DNA of 64,000 nucleotides from Enoplolaimus lenunculus (Eukaryota), in NCBI GenBank assembly GCA_030248215.1, contig JASANG010001546.1:620001-684000 (forward strand), in the 5' to 3' direction. The notes under the pieces were generated by a model that saw nothing but the letters and a program-made list of their open reading frames with translations, ran no database searches and was not told the DNA's origin. Made by a program: the position numbers and the translations under genes. Below are positions 40,045 to 53,489 of the stretch, piece by piece (within the stretch, counting starts at the first letter, position 1; each line of letters begins with the position of its first letter).

Positions 40045-41885
40045 TATACTACCAATATGAGACAAAAAATATGCTTAAACGCTTTATAACAGAATGATTT
40101 TGACTCTGTCACAAATATTAAATTTTTAAATGTTAACCGCCTTTGCCCGTAAATTCAAATCGTAACTGCTCAAAAACAACTTAATGACGAATTTATGCCA
40201 TAAGTTAAACTTTGCCTATTTTACCAGGAGGAAGCCTTGTTTACATTTAGCCAGTTTAATTTGGTAAACTTGATTTAATTTTACCAGAAGGGCATATCGG
40301 AGAAGGGGGCAACCGTAGGCTTACGTAATGATTTGACACGCCTGTTGTTTCGATGTTAAGATGGCTGTTGAACATAAATTTTTAATTTTAACAATCAAAA
40401 CATCATATTTACCAGATTTTAATTGTAAACAGTTGTTTATTTTGTTGAAATGAACAAATTCACAAAAAGTTTTGAGTAAAATCGCTGTTACGCAGGTATA
40501 TTAAGCACGAACACAGAGAAAAAATTTCGTTTCCGGGTCCGGTATTCTACAATGCGGTAGCGACATGTAGATTTGCTAGCACTGTTGTCGAAATGTTGAG
40601 ATTTTAGCTAAAGTTAGGCTTAGGAATAAGAACTTAGGCTTTGGGATAGGCTTAGTTTTGTGGTTGAAGGCGTACAAAAGCTTCGTAGCGTTTATGAACG
40701 GCTTAGAATTCAGTTGAAGACAACGGTTTAAAGTTTAGGGTCCGCATTTTCAAATGTGCGTTGCTCCTGTCACCAGTTAGCAATAAGTTTTCAAACATGT
40801 GACTCAGATGCCAAGTAGGACCAATCAAATGTAAATCACGTGTCTGGTTTCAACGGTCTCGATTGGCTGGTCCAAATTCTCCATGACCTATCAGTGACTG
40901 GTGATTGGTGCTACATGCATTAGAAATTATCGGCATAAGCAGCGTCTGGTGCAGAAATTTCAGCCGAGAAGGGCGGGCTGGCAAAAGTTATGAAACACAA
41001 TTTTTACTGTATGCCATATATTTGCCATGTTTCAGAGAAGAAAATTTCGTTTCGTGTCAGTCTGCGACTACTTTGCTCATGTCTTGAAACATCCATTGTT
41101 TATGTTGAACCATTTCCAACACAAAACTCAGACTTCATCAAATACAACGCGTATTTATTCACTGGTCTATGCTAAATAATTAATGTATAATACAACAAAT
41201 TTTGTTTTGGCTCACAATTTGGCCTGCCAAACCAGCTTTGTTCCTGTTTTTCCCAATTTGCCTCTCTGTATATAGTTTGGAATAGTTTATCCCTGCTCGA
41301 ACCAGGTGTAGACCCCCAATTTTAGGTCAACGTTTTCAGGTAAAAAATATTTTTTTCGAGCCAGCCAAGCCAGTTAGAGAAATTAGTTATTCGAAAATGT
41401 GGAACAGTGGATTTTTTCAGAATTCTGTGAAGCTTTGAAGGTTACATAAGCCCCCTATTCCATGTTAAGACGCTATCGCTGTCCGGTATATAATGAATGT
41501 TTTGTATATGGCTATCGGTCACTTAAAAGAAACATATTGGCTGGCAAAGCTTACGAAATTTTGAACAAAAACTGAAGGAACCAAAACAAAACATTACAAT
41601 TAATCATTGCTGAAAAGGGGAACGCGCTTTACTGGTGCTGGTGCCGTGAGTGTTAAAGAATAGCCCCCCTCTTGAAAAAGCCTTTCGGCAGCAGTCGCAA
41701 GCTTGGACGGAGCTGACAACGTCGAGAATCTACAATTGGTGTCAGGTCTGCGTAAAGGTTGCCGACAACAAATTTTTGCCCTGATATATTTTTGAAACCA
41801 AAGTTTAATTGAATTCAACGGAAACATTACAAAACACTAAAGATCGTTCAAGTTTAAGCGTAAAAAACAGTTTTGAACAATATTA

Positions 41886-42154
41886 AGCCCTATAAGTGCA
41901 AGTTTTTGCTGCGAGAACTTGTAGCTGCAAATTGCATGTGGAACTTGCATTTTTCATCAGCCAATGAAAAATCGGATGCAATAAATTCAGCGAACTTGCA
42001 TGGTTATTCACACATGTGAACTAAATTCCAAGCTATGATTTTTAGTGAAATATTTGCAGCTGTAAGTTTTTTGAACGGGATTTTGGACAAAAGTTTTCAT
42101 GCAATTTGCAGTTGCAAGCTCTCGCAACAAAAACTCACATGTGTGAATAGGGCT
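41886..42154. mobile_element. PIF/Harbinger-like MITE, family B copy 4
   Basis: Colinear with 5614-5887, with a small deletion in the left TIR; flanks TTA/GTA. Confidence 0.82.
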
Positions 42155-43894
42155 GTAAGCTTTCTCTATTTGCTCTACGCTGGTATTTCTGGTATTACGA
42201 CCAATTGTCGGCCGAAACTCGTTGAACCTTGTTTCGGAACCCGACATCTTTAATACACCCGACAATTTGTCACCCATTACTAAACTTTGGTTTAGTCTTA
42301 GGAATGTGCTTAGGCATAAATAAGCTTACTACACACTGTCTGTCCGGTCGGGCGATTCGTGGCATCTGTTTAGCGCACATTTGAAAGTAAGCAGACAACA
42401 GATAGAAATCTAAAAACCTTCTAAACATTTAAAATTCTAACGAATTTGCAAGTAAAAAGGTATTTTCAATTAACAAAAAATATTTATTAGTAGAAAATTT
42501 AAAAATTACGAATTTGCGGTAAAAATTGTGTAAACATCCATTGGTTCCTCCTTTGCGTAACAGGGCCAAAAATTGTGATCCTGTATTAGCCGTTGTCGTA
42601 TTTGTCAACAAAACAGACACCTTTGTAATTGGAACAAAAAATAGCTTCTGAGTAGTCAATTTTAAATGTTTCAGAAGTGACCTACAGCTATGAAGCCTAA
42701 GTTTCAATTGAAAATTTCAAATCAGTTTGGATCTTGTGATATTTCTTCTGCAAAGTTTTTGAAATTGTCAGATTTCGGTATAACTTAGGTTTAGGTTCAG
42801 GCTTAGGTTTAAATAAATGGGACAATTTGCACAAATGCTCGCGGATTTTGCATTTACCCTGTTCATAACCAGAGCCAAATATATGACATATACCCAGACA
42901 TTAAATGCAACAAAGTCGCCAAATACATTACAGAACTTAATCGATTTATAGCTGTATGTAAACATATAAATATATATACATCTCGAACCCCCGGGTGTCA
43001 ATGGTGTATGGAGCCACTGAACAAGTCAAAATGGCCACCCCTAAAAACCCTCCGGGTAACCAATTAAAATCATTCAAATGTTTACTTCTTTTTGCATTAA
43101 TTTGAAACTTTTATATTCTATGTTTATTTTGAAAATTAAAAGGTCAATATTTACTCGTTATAAAATTTAAAATAATGAACAATTTGGCAATTTATTAGTT
43201 GTAAATTTAGCAATAAAAATAATCACTTAAAAGGTTCCTGGCGTTGAGTTTCCAAACAAGGGCGTAGTCGTACGAAGATAATTTGTGAGCTGCGAATCAC
43301 TTATGGTCAGACGCACCTGGCGAACGTAATGAAAGTTAAATTTTCGTACCTTACAATTTTCTCCCTCAGAAAATTGACTCGTAAATAGCATACAGTAACA
43401 ATTGCGTTTCATAACTTTTGCCAGCCAGCCGACACATATTTGTGGATCTGCCGCTGTCAATAAAGAACACCAAAGAAATGGAGTTCAGTTGATAGTAAAA
43501 CGCAAACTGGGCCACCGAAGATGTTGGAGGGACAGACAAATTGTACTCGGTTCCGGTTTTTCAGTAAAATTGAGCTTTATTTCTAGGCCCATGTTTTCGA
43601 ATGTTTATAGAACTAATCGCCAGTTTAGAGATAGGTTTTCAAGCCGACGAATTCCTACAATTGCGGATCTCAAAAATGGCACAGAAGTAGAACATATCGA
43701 ATGCAAAAAATGCGCTTAATTTTGAACCTCACCTGGCAGTGGTTCAAAAGTTACATGACTTATCATCAACTGGTAATAGGTGCTGCACACATTAGTACAG
43801 TTTCCGAGCAGAGATTTGCGTTTGAAACAAATGCATCGTTGTCAGCCACAAGATATCAGGGTAAAACGCTCCTTGGGACTTCTATCGAGGGGTT

Positions 43895-44064
43895 GACACA
43901 TGTTTAGAACAGGACCGAATCGTCTTGCGGCGGTAATAGAGTCAGTTTAAGCTTTAGACTAACTTTTTGCTTACGCTTAGGATTAGGAATAAGTTTGTTC
44001 TTACGCTTAGCCTTAGGCTTAGGAATATGCTTATACTATTGTTCCGACCCTGTTCTATACCTGG
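43895..44064 (+). mobile_element. TTAGGC-bearing MITE (family A variant)
   Basis: tagaacaggaccgaa...gttccgaccctgttcta; same internal layout as other copies. Confidence 0.78.
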
Positions 44065-45664
44065 AGCGAATGCTCCATACTTTTCTAATCTCCTGGTTTC
44101 ACCCATGGTTGAAAAGCTGCCATTTTGAATGATAAAGAGCGCAACATAACCATATCCATTCAATGTTATTGGCAAAAATAATCAATTAGTGATAGAATTG
44201 TATTTAGAAACAAAATTAATAGACTAAAAAACCCAAATGACCTGGTAAGTAGCGCAATTCCTAAATTAGCATCTAAGCGTCAATGACCTCTGCAACCATT
44301 AACTTTATTAACCAATTTTCTAAATCCAAAAAAATTGACGAGAGCAGATACAGGAAGGTGGGTTCTGGCACAGCCGCCCCCCTTACGATATATATTGTTG
44401 GGGATAAAAGTGACATTTAGAATATGCAATGATGACATCAATTTAAGTTTCCACTACGACTAAGGGGGGCCTGTATTTGGCAGTCAGCGAGGAACGATTT
44501 TATGTGGTTCCCCCTGAGACAATTGAAAATATGTTTTCTGTATACTTTCAACTCACGTTTGAGCATTTCTGTTGGAAAACATTGATACGCTAAGGTGGAT
44601 GTCTTCAGACAGAGTTTAATTGATAAAATATAGCTATGGATCTGTGGAACCTAATCGGCCTAACGCAGCAGGACTTGAAGGACTTCCACGGAGTCCCGAG
44701 CTGTGTTGATACGGCCTTGGCACACATCCATTATAGAGCATAACTCAAGTTAAACTCATTTACACTGCTTCAAACAACACATTAAAGTCATGATTGGTTT
44801 ATCTGTAAAGTAAACCCTGAGGCGAATTCAAACTGTAAATCACAATAGATTCGCGTCAAAATAAGAGACACAGAGTTTTAGACTAAACGCAGTTATAAAT
44901 ACACAGTGACAACGAGTTATAAATTGGTGTTGTTAGCGATATTCTAATTACGTCATTAAACGTTATATTCAAAATATAACTGGGACTGCTCAGAGCTGGG
45001 TAAAATCATTGGTGAATCAGGTTCGTAGTCAGATAGCAGCCGCAGGGGGAGGGCCATCCTTCATAGAAAAATTGTGGTTCCTCGTAGATAATGGGTTATC
45101 CACGTTAAAATGCACGCACTAATGTAAGAAATTGTAACAACCATGCGGTAGGGATCTGTGTACAAATCGAAGCTGCAACTAGGGTGTAGAAGTCGTCGAA
45201 AAGTTGTATGCAAATTCTAAAAAAATTAGCCTGTCTTAGCAATGTGATTCGACTACGGGGCTGCGGTGAATCAATAGGGTACCGATCTTATGCCCTTGGA
45301 ATGGGGACGCACAACCACAACCGAACCAACGCTAAACTAAAAATTAACATTTAGTCGTATAATTGCATTTCGCTTCTCGCTCGCGAGGTTTTTCCTGTGT
45401 TTATTGAGCGTTTTCCATCCAGCGACGTATAAAACAGAAGGATTCGAGGAAATATTATCCCTTACGTAAATTTATGAACGAATAAAGTAACCGCAATGCC
45501 TTCAAAATAAACTTCTAAATGCTGGAAGTGAAATATTTCGCTTACGAGGTTTAGCCCGTCTCAAGTTCAAATACTCTATACGTATCTGTCTTCGCCATCC
45601 CTGGATAAATGGTAGGTCAAGTTGTCGGATCTTCTCTCCCTCAGGTTTCATTTACTGATTCTAT

Positions 45665-46050
45665 CAAGGGCGGATCTAGTGGTGGGATGGGGAGATGCAT
45701 CCCCACTCCGGCTGCCGAGTAAATTTTTTCAGAGTTGAAACCAACGTAAGCTATAATGGCAGTTTGGTGATTTTTGAAAATACGGGAAAAACATAAAACC
45801 TTTTCGTCCTTGTACCAACCAAGATATGATAGGCTAGAAATTTATGCAATATCCGCTTTAATGAGTAAATGTTCTGTACTTTGAGGTTCTTCTCGTTAGC
45901 GACACATACATACATGCATACATATATACGTATGAGTTTGCGTGACTTGTGGCTGTTTTCGTACACGTGAAAGTATGTATGAACATGTGCCAAAACTTAC
46001 CATTTTCCACTTGTGCATTTCCCCACCACGAATTTCCCAATCCGCCGATG
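45665..46050. mobile_element. hAT-like MITE (family G variant); a shorter copy lies at 61038-61208
   Basis: CAAGGGCGGATCT...AATCCGCCGATG; flanks GATTCTAT/GATGCCAT; about 120 bp shared with 61084-61208. Confidence 0.72.
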
Positions 46051-46299
46051 GATGCCATTCCGGCGGAAGGGTCTTAGTTCGAGTGTGGGACACAAAAGTA
46101 GTATTCTCAAACAACCAATAAGTCCAAAATTGACTTAAGTCCGTGGTTGACTTAAGTCATTTTCCTGCAACCCAGCCAGTGTCGATTATACACTGTTGCT
46201 TAATAAACGTTTTGGTCAAAAGAAGTTGGAATGCATCAAAAAGTTCAGAAACTGAAAGTCTCACAGCGATGCCAATGGGTGTATAGGATACTAAGACTA

Positions 46300-47003
46300 C
46301 ACACAAAAAACATTTTCTGATATTCAACAATGATTTCGTTTAAGACTAAGACAATTATATCTTAGTGTGGACTTTTGAATCCAAGACATTATTTTTTAAA
46401 ATTTTTCAGAAATCTGTGTCTAAAATTTTTAACACTTAAATGCCTTAAATTTAAGAATGTGTTTCACAAACAATTACGACAAATATTTTTGAACTACAAG
46501 ACAAATATGCCTGAAATATAAGACAAATATGTCTGAAATCGAAGACTTGTTTTGCTGATTTTTAAGACATATATGTCTTAGAACAAGATTTGCCAGAGAA
46601 GTCGCCTTCATAATTGGGAGTTAAGCTCAACCAAATTCCCTAATTTTTCAACCTAAAATATGTCCAAGACGTAAACGTAAATTGGGGGAGTCTGAGCTCA
46701 ACCCGAAATATCTTTGAAATACAATTATTTGTATACTCTCTTAAGAATAAAAACTGAGCAACTTTTTAACATACACAGAAATCAGAAAATAAATTCTTGA
46801 ATATACGACAACTATTTCTTGAAAGAAAGAAATTTGTTTCTAAATAAATTGTAAACAGTAATTTCTTAAATATAAAACATTTATGTTTTAACCATTTCAG
46901 ACATAAATTTCTGATCAGTTTAAGGCTAATGTCTGAAATACAAGACATTTATGTCTTGAAAATTTAACAAAGTACAAGTCTTGAAATTAATTTCTTTAGT
47001 GTG
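46300..47003. mobile_element. CAC-ended non-autonomous element with AAGAC/GTCTT motifs
   Basis: TA|CACACAAAAAA...TTCTTTAGTGTG|TA; many aagaca(a)at repeats, including 23-bp tandem units near 46475-46545. Confidence 0.7.
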
Positions 47004-50000
47004 TAGACCAACTTGTCAAATGCACTCCTCTGAAATTTGCTTTCGAGGAGGTCGAAACCCACTATTCATCGAACGCGGGTTTTCATCCTTAACCAATCGT
47101 TGAATGGTGATAAAAACAATTTCGAACTTCATCGCCAACTCTGAAAATGGGGTTGTTCGCGGTCGACAAACCATAATTTTTCGTGCTTCAAAGAATATAC
47201 TTAAACAGCAAATATAGCAACAAACACAAGAAGTGTTTTTGTTGCCGTTTGTCAGAATCATTCAATGCCAGCATACACCAGGTGATGTTTTACTGTCTGT
47301 TTAATGTCTAAACCAATTTAAAAATTTGACACTGGACTAAAATGTCACGTCAGATTAATCAAATAGTTCATTTTGTCTAAAACTGTCTCTACTACAAATA
47401 TTCTGATAGGATAATATTGCATTGAACGATGGGCATTGTCGAAATCTTATCTTGGCCGGAATCCTCAAATGTGGACACCATTAATTACCAGTTGGTGGTT
47501 GTGTATCTTTTAAGAAAGTTCGGTGTGGGCGTTTATACGCCCAGAACGCCGATTTAATGCTTGCTGGTTATAACTTTCGTTGAGTTTCATTGTTTATCTT
47601 GTTCTATTTGCATACAATTAAACGAAGAGTTTACAATTTCTATCACACGAATATAAATTAGAATTCGCGTTATTGAATAAATATTTAGTTTAGAAAGTTT
47701 TGATAAACACTGATAATTGTATTATTTGACGAAATTGGTTTGTTTTTGAAACCCTAAGTATCAAATGACAAATTCGGCCGACATTAACCTGAAATAAAAG
47801 AATGATATATTCAATTTGACTTAGAGCGAACGGAAATTTCCTTAGGGTTTCAGGTGAAACATATAAAAAGCAAACAAACAACTGAAGTTACTAATTTGTT
47901 TGTATTCGATTTTATTGACCGGGGGAAAGACCGTAAGATATCTTACAGTGTATCTGCAGCTAAGAATAGTCCATTAGCTAAAGCAAACGTGACACGTCCC
48001 ACTGATAGAAAAGCAACAACACTTATGTCTCGGACGGGAAAAATAGGCCTGATTTTCGGCCTTTAGTTTAAACAGGAGTCTCTACTCAAAACAATATCCA
48101 AACGACAACGGTATTTATACAAGTGCCGGGTGCCAAGTATCTTCAGCAGTTACAGTCAAATGAAAATCTAGGCGGAGTACAGTTCAGACCACAGGCTTAA
48201 ATTTCAAATTCATTATTTAAATTATAAGAAAGCTTGAAAACCTATCGCTAAACTGACAATACACATAATTTATAAAATCCAAGCCAAATTGCGCACATTC
48301 AATTAACTGCACAAATATGCTGTTTATCAGCATGAAGTCTAACAATCCATAACGCAGTGATATTAGACAACAATAAGCGAAAAGTAAAAAAATCTGAAAA
48401 ATACTCTTTCAATTTAAAATATAGCTTCCGCACAGCAGGGAATCTAAATTAGGCAGAGCTATTAATTTAGAAATATATTTTTTGGTTTGAAAAAAAATAA
48501 ATAAAATACTATTCGGTCCGCCCACCTGACACGAAGAAAGCACGCAATCTTATCAATTTTCTATTACAGTAAATTTCACTAACAACGCGGTGCTAAATTG
48601 CGAATTTGTATTTTCGCTAATCGAACGCAAGATAAAGTGGATGATGCATAGTGCAAATGCACAATGAAACGTAACATTTTAGAAATACGGACAAACCTGA
48701 ATATCTGCAAATAAACACCATATAAGGTATTCCCTAATAATTACAGAACCGGTCAAAGCGGGCGCGTAGCCAAGGGGGCTCAGCACCCCCACGAAATTTT
48801 TTAGTATTCCCCGTGCATAATTTTGAATGTTGCTGGTAAGTCAACGGAAACCCCTATGTGTTTATCCTGGAAAATTTTTAACCATCCGTAGCAAGATGAG
48901 CTGGCTACGAGCCCATGTCAAAGGGAAACCATCGGGGACCAGGGTGCCATTGCTCCCTACAATGATTTCGAAAAATATTATTTCCAACAACAAATATGCT
49001 TTAGAAAAACCCACCCAATCAAACGATGAAAACGTATTCCTACACTTGCTGTAACTCTCTGTAGTCCAAAATCCTCGCTACTGTCATAGAAGGTGTATCC
49101 ATATTTAGCATTGTGCCCAAACTTTAGTGATAAGGTTAATAACAATTTTTGTCTCGTTGAGCTGGCTGATAAAACAATTTTCATTCAGCCGCTTCCTAAA
49201 ACGAAACCTTCGCTACATTTCGAATCCACTGTGACAAAATATAAAATCCATCAACATTTAACCCCCAGTCTTTAATCCTGCTACAGCTTCTACACAAACA
49301 ATAGTCTACACAAACCGTTTAGTTCCATGGAACAATTATTTAGTTTCATGAAAAGTTTTGCTTCGATAAACGTTGTCTACGAAATGCAGCAGCCAAATTT
49401 CCGGTTCGCTGATCAATTTTGAAATATCACCGTTATGCCATGTCTGCAGGGTTTTCTAATATTAAAACTTCCCTGTTTGCCTGGCCGGCGTTGGGATAGT
49501 CGGCCCTCCAAAACAGGTCCGAGGGGGGGGCCCAATACAATGTTTTCAGCTCTATAAATTCGTGATCAAATATATTTTTTAATTTGTCAAAGTGGGGCCC
49601 CTCAAGGGTCGAGGTTTCTCAAATGGAAGGTTTGGGGGGGGGGGCGATTCCGCCGGCACTGCCTGTTTGCCGAACTATTCGCTGCTGAGAAGCGAGCAAT
49701 TCACGGTCATCAAACCACTATTCGTATTGTCATTTGTATATCGAATCTCTCTCACCAGTTGATCACAGATCATGTAAGCTTTAAATCAGCCAATTGACAC
49801 CTTTGAAATTTGGCACGTTTTCGACATTTGATTGGCCCCAGTTGCGAGCTAAATTTTAGATCCGCAGCTCCGCCAATTGGCTGATTTGAAAACTTATCAC
49901 TAATTGACAATAGATGCTACACAGATTCGAGAATACGATCCCAAGGATAACGGCGAGAGATTAGTAAATAACTGTATGATATATTCTGAAAACGAGTAAG

Positions 50001-50852
50001 TTTAAACTCAACTGCAACCAATCGTTGATTATTACCGAGCAAATCGCATATTACATTTCTAGGAAATTATATACAGCGGCGGATCCACAAATTTCTGAAC
50101 GGGAAGGATGGACTGACAAAAGTTTATGAAACACAATTTTTACGGTATCCTGTGATTATGTAAAATTCAAAACCAGTAAAAGAAAACCTTGCGAGCGTAG
50201 GAAACGAAAATCCAATTCTGTGAAAAGTATCTAAAATTTCTTATTACGAAAACAGGGTCGGTGGAACCGGATTATGCAGGATTACTGAGAAAATAGCAAT
50301 CGTTCCCCCAAGCAACTGAAATGTTAAATGTAGAAACATAAAGTTTTACGTTCAAATTAGCAAATCTGTTCGTGACAGGAGCTGTCGAGTCAGATATCGA
50401 GTTGAATTACAACAGATTTTCGAAAAATTCAAATCAGAAAACTACCGTAATCTTGTTCAGATTTGGTTTAATTTATTCAATGTTTTTGTCGGTAAAATAT
50501 GTTTTTGTTTTAAATTAAGCATAATTTAGCATCCATGGAAGCAAATTTGTACCAGTTGACCACGAGTTCACCTGTCGGCAACTGCGCGGTTCGTTGCAAC
50601 CGATAGCTTCGAAATACAAATATTTCAACAATGTGTTAGCTTACTGTAAATTCCAATGAGTTGATTGATTTTCTGGATATTTCTAACTTAATAACAGTAC
50701 ATAATAAAGTCACTCTGAGTTGATTTAAGTTCGGATGATTTGTCTAAACAACTAATTGATTATTACACAAACTATAAACGTATAAAATAGTTGGAAACCT
50801 GTTAAACCTAACTTCCATTCGGCCTATAAAATCAAATCAGCTGACAACTTAC

Positions 50853-51109
50853 ATCTCGATTGCGTTGATCAGATTCGTTGCCAGATTGCGAAACAGTCGC
50901 TTTTCCAATCGCAGCAATCGTTTCATTGAGCGACGCTTCAAGTTCATCCAAATATCGTCCATTTGATGTTCCAAATGATACTTTGTTTGAAATCAAAGGC
51001 GGAGTTCCGCTGTTTGAAATGATTCGATTTTCAATGACGCAACATTCATCCGATTCACTACGAATTGGTTTAAAACTGGCAAAAGATGGCTCCATTGAGG
51101 AAGATTTGC
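50853..51109 (-). CDS. Coding exon 3: (S)KSSSMEPSFASFKPIRSE...RYLDELEASLNETI...DQRNRD
   Basis: Acceptor taatttttag|GC and consensus donor GAT|GTAAGT; 257 nt, phase 1 to 0. Confidence 0.88.
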
Positions 51110-51356
51110 CTAAAAATTAATACTGCAATCAATTATGGCTGCACGTAAGTACACATCATTACACAGGCTGTGCCGCCTGCCTTTGACCAGAGCCGGCCGG
51201 CACCGCATTACATATATAACGCCGCCATAAGGCGGACTATCGGCCTACATGAGACCTGTGTAGGCTGTGATTAAACTATTAAGATTTGTTATACTGTTTC
51301 ATACTTGCGTTTCAATCGACGTTGAAAATTGCAGAATAAACAAAAGGTAAACGTAC

Positions 51357-51506
51357 TCATTGCAGCTCCAGAAACTGAACTGTCGTTTAAACTTTCTCGA
51401 GTTGAAATGTTCATTTCGGGTTCGTGATTGGTTGGATTCGTTGTGCAAATTGACGCATCCGCAAGTTCAGCGAGTAAACTTTGTAATTCTTCTAATTCTT
51501 TTACCA
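51357..51506 (-). CDS. Coding exon 2: (L)VKELEELQSLLAELADASICTT...SSVSGAAM
   Basis: Acceptor aattaatttcag|TG and donor A|GTACGT; 150 nt, phase 1 to 1; encodes an amphipathic helix. Confidence 0.82.
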
Positions 51507-51516
51507 CTGAAATTAA

Positions 51517-52482
51517 TTGGTATTAGCAACAGTGGATGATCACTCTTTATAACAAGAGTGTGCAACTTGGTACATTCTGTGTATTAACGAACCAAGAGTG
51601 GATGGTCACTCTTTATAACAAGAGTGTGCAACTGGGTACATTCTGTGTATTAAAGTATGTACCCGGCACGCGTTGCGTTTTTGGCCTACCACCCTTATTT
51701 AGGGGTCTGTATGCAGTTTTATATCGTAGTAATGCTAGGAGCAAATTGTAACCCCCAATGAAGCATACTGTTAATCTCTTGCTTAAACCCCCACTGATTG
51801 AGGGGGTCGAACAAAAATGCAACGCGTTCTGGTACATTCTTTAATACACAGAATGTACCCAGTTGCACACTCTTGTTATAAAGAGTGATCATCCACTCTT
51901 GGTATTAGCAAGAGTAGATGATCAGTCAGTGGCAAAAGTGTGCTACTACCGATATTTGTGTGGTACTAAATGTACCACCGGGCATTGTGTTTTTGACCAA
52001 CCCACCGTTATTTAAGAGGGGAGTCGATGTCACATGCAATATTTTTAAATTAAACTATGAACCGAGCAATTTTGACTCTGTATACGTACACTGCCATGGT
52101 TTACACAAGCTGTTCCCCCATAAATAAGTGAGTGGGAAGGTCAAAAAGTGCAACGCAGACTGGGCCATTTTTGCACCAGAGTGAAACTTAGTACATTCTG
52201 TGTACAAAAAACATACCCAGCACACGCCGCGTTTTTGGCCCGCTTTCCGTATTTAAAGGGGGTACAATTTGGGCAAACCTTAGTATAGACGCTTCAAAAA
52301 CTTTCTATTTACATTTCAAATCTGCTAAACTTGTTCAGTCCTATATATTGCATAAGATTTCAACCCCCATTCGCCTTAACAAAGAGCAGGAGTTGGCCAA
52401 AAACGCAACGCGTGCTGATAGATTTTGTACCATACAGAGCACAAGTTGTTGCACACTCTTGTAACATATCATTGCACTCTTT
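51517..52482. mobile_element. Array of foldback elements with long TIRs; the best-preserved unit is 51591-51903
   Basis: Inverted arms of about 95 bp, with the first 65 bp differing at one position. There is a 66-bp-period tandem copy of the arm at 51525-51590 and two more diverged units at about 51907-52180 and 52190-52482. Confidence 0.85.
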
Positions 52483-52647
52483 GTATTAATGACAATTCTG
52501 AAACGTACGCTCATTGCGCTGCTCGAAACTCCGTTTTCCTAAGTTCGTATACAAGAGTACTTGTGCCTATAATCAATTCACCACGCCTGTTTAACAATTT
52601 AAACTCCTGTTAAACGAACATATTTTTAAAACCAAAACTAATATTAA

Positions 52648-52910
52648 CCCTTTCTCACATGAACATTTTCTATTTCCACCGAGACCCACTTTTATGCTAG
52701 GATTCGAACTGCAGTGACTGGAGTGGGAGGCGTATACCATCACCACTCAGCTGTAGGAGGTTGACGCTCGAGCCCGAGGGGGCTCTCACGTCTTGTGGTG
52801 ATTTAGTACTGTGTATACGTGTTGCAATTGTTAAACACGGTGCGATATATATTACTTAACGTATATACACTGCGCTGAGTTACCTACAGGCAACTCAATG
52901 TGAGAAGGGG
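52648..52910 (-). mobile_element. piggyBac-like MITE containing a tRNA-like A/B-box cassette
   Basis: TTAA|CCCTTTCTCACAT...ATGTGAGAAGGGG|TGAA; the minus strand reads AGCTGAGTGG...GTTCGAATCC. Confidence 0.8.
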
Positions 52911-53287
52911 TGAAGTTTAACTTAAAGGTCATTTAGAATTGAAATTAATAATTGTCATTCACAAATCTGGAGTTGATCCAAAGGAGCGTTACAGGATATG
53001 GGAAAATATACAAGCCAAACACATCAATTGCTCAAAATGAAATAATTTGTGACGAGTTGAACGAATATAAATTCGACTACAATTAATACCAGGTCTATTT
53101 TTTACACAAAATTCAAATTCTAATTTTATAAAATTGTTCGTAACTACAAATAGATGAAATCGTAAACATTCCGTTTGGACATTTTACAGGTCCGGTTCAC
53201 AAACAAGCCAAGCTGTAGAACTCCTTATAGAATAATAGCGTTTTAACGCGGTTCTAGTTCTTGAACATAGAAATTGTAGAAAAATAC

Positions 53288-53489
53288 GGCCGATGCAAAG
53301 ATCAGAGGCGGAACATTTTTCTGTGGGACTACAACAGAGTCGGCTTAAGCCTTAGAGTAATTTTTTGCATGGCTTAGGCTTAGGGCTTAGGCGCAGGAAA
53401 ATAATCATTCTTACGCATTGGCTTAGGTTTAGGCTTAGGCTTAGGAATATGCTTATAATACTGTTCCGCCCCTGTTCTTTACATTTGCC
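53288..53489 (+). mobile_element. TTAGGC-bearing MITE (family A)
   Basis: ggccgatgcaaagatcagaggcggaac...gttccgcccctgttctttacatttgcc; two tracts. Confidence 0.9.

Noticed and set aside
47016..47261. Additional exon of the main gene
   Set aside because: A TTTTCAG acceptor exists, but it is phase 1 for the open frame where phase 0 is needed, and no good donor precedes the stop.
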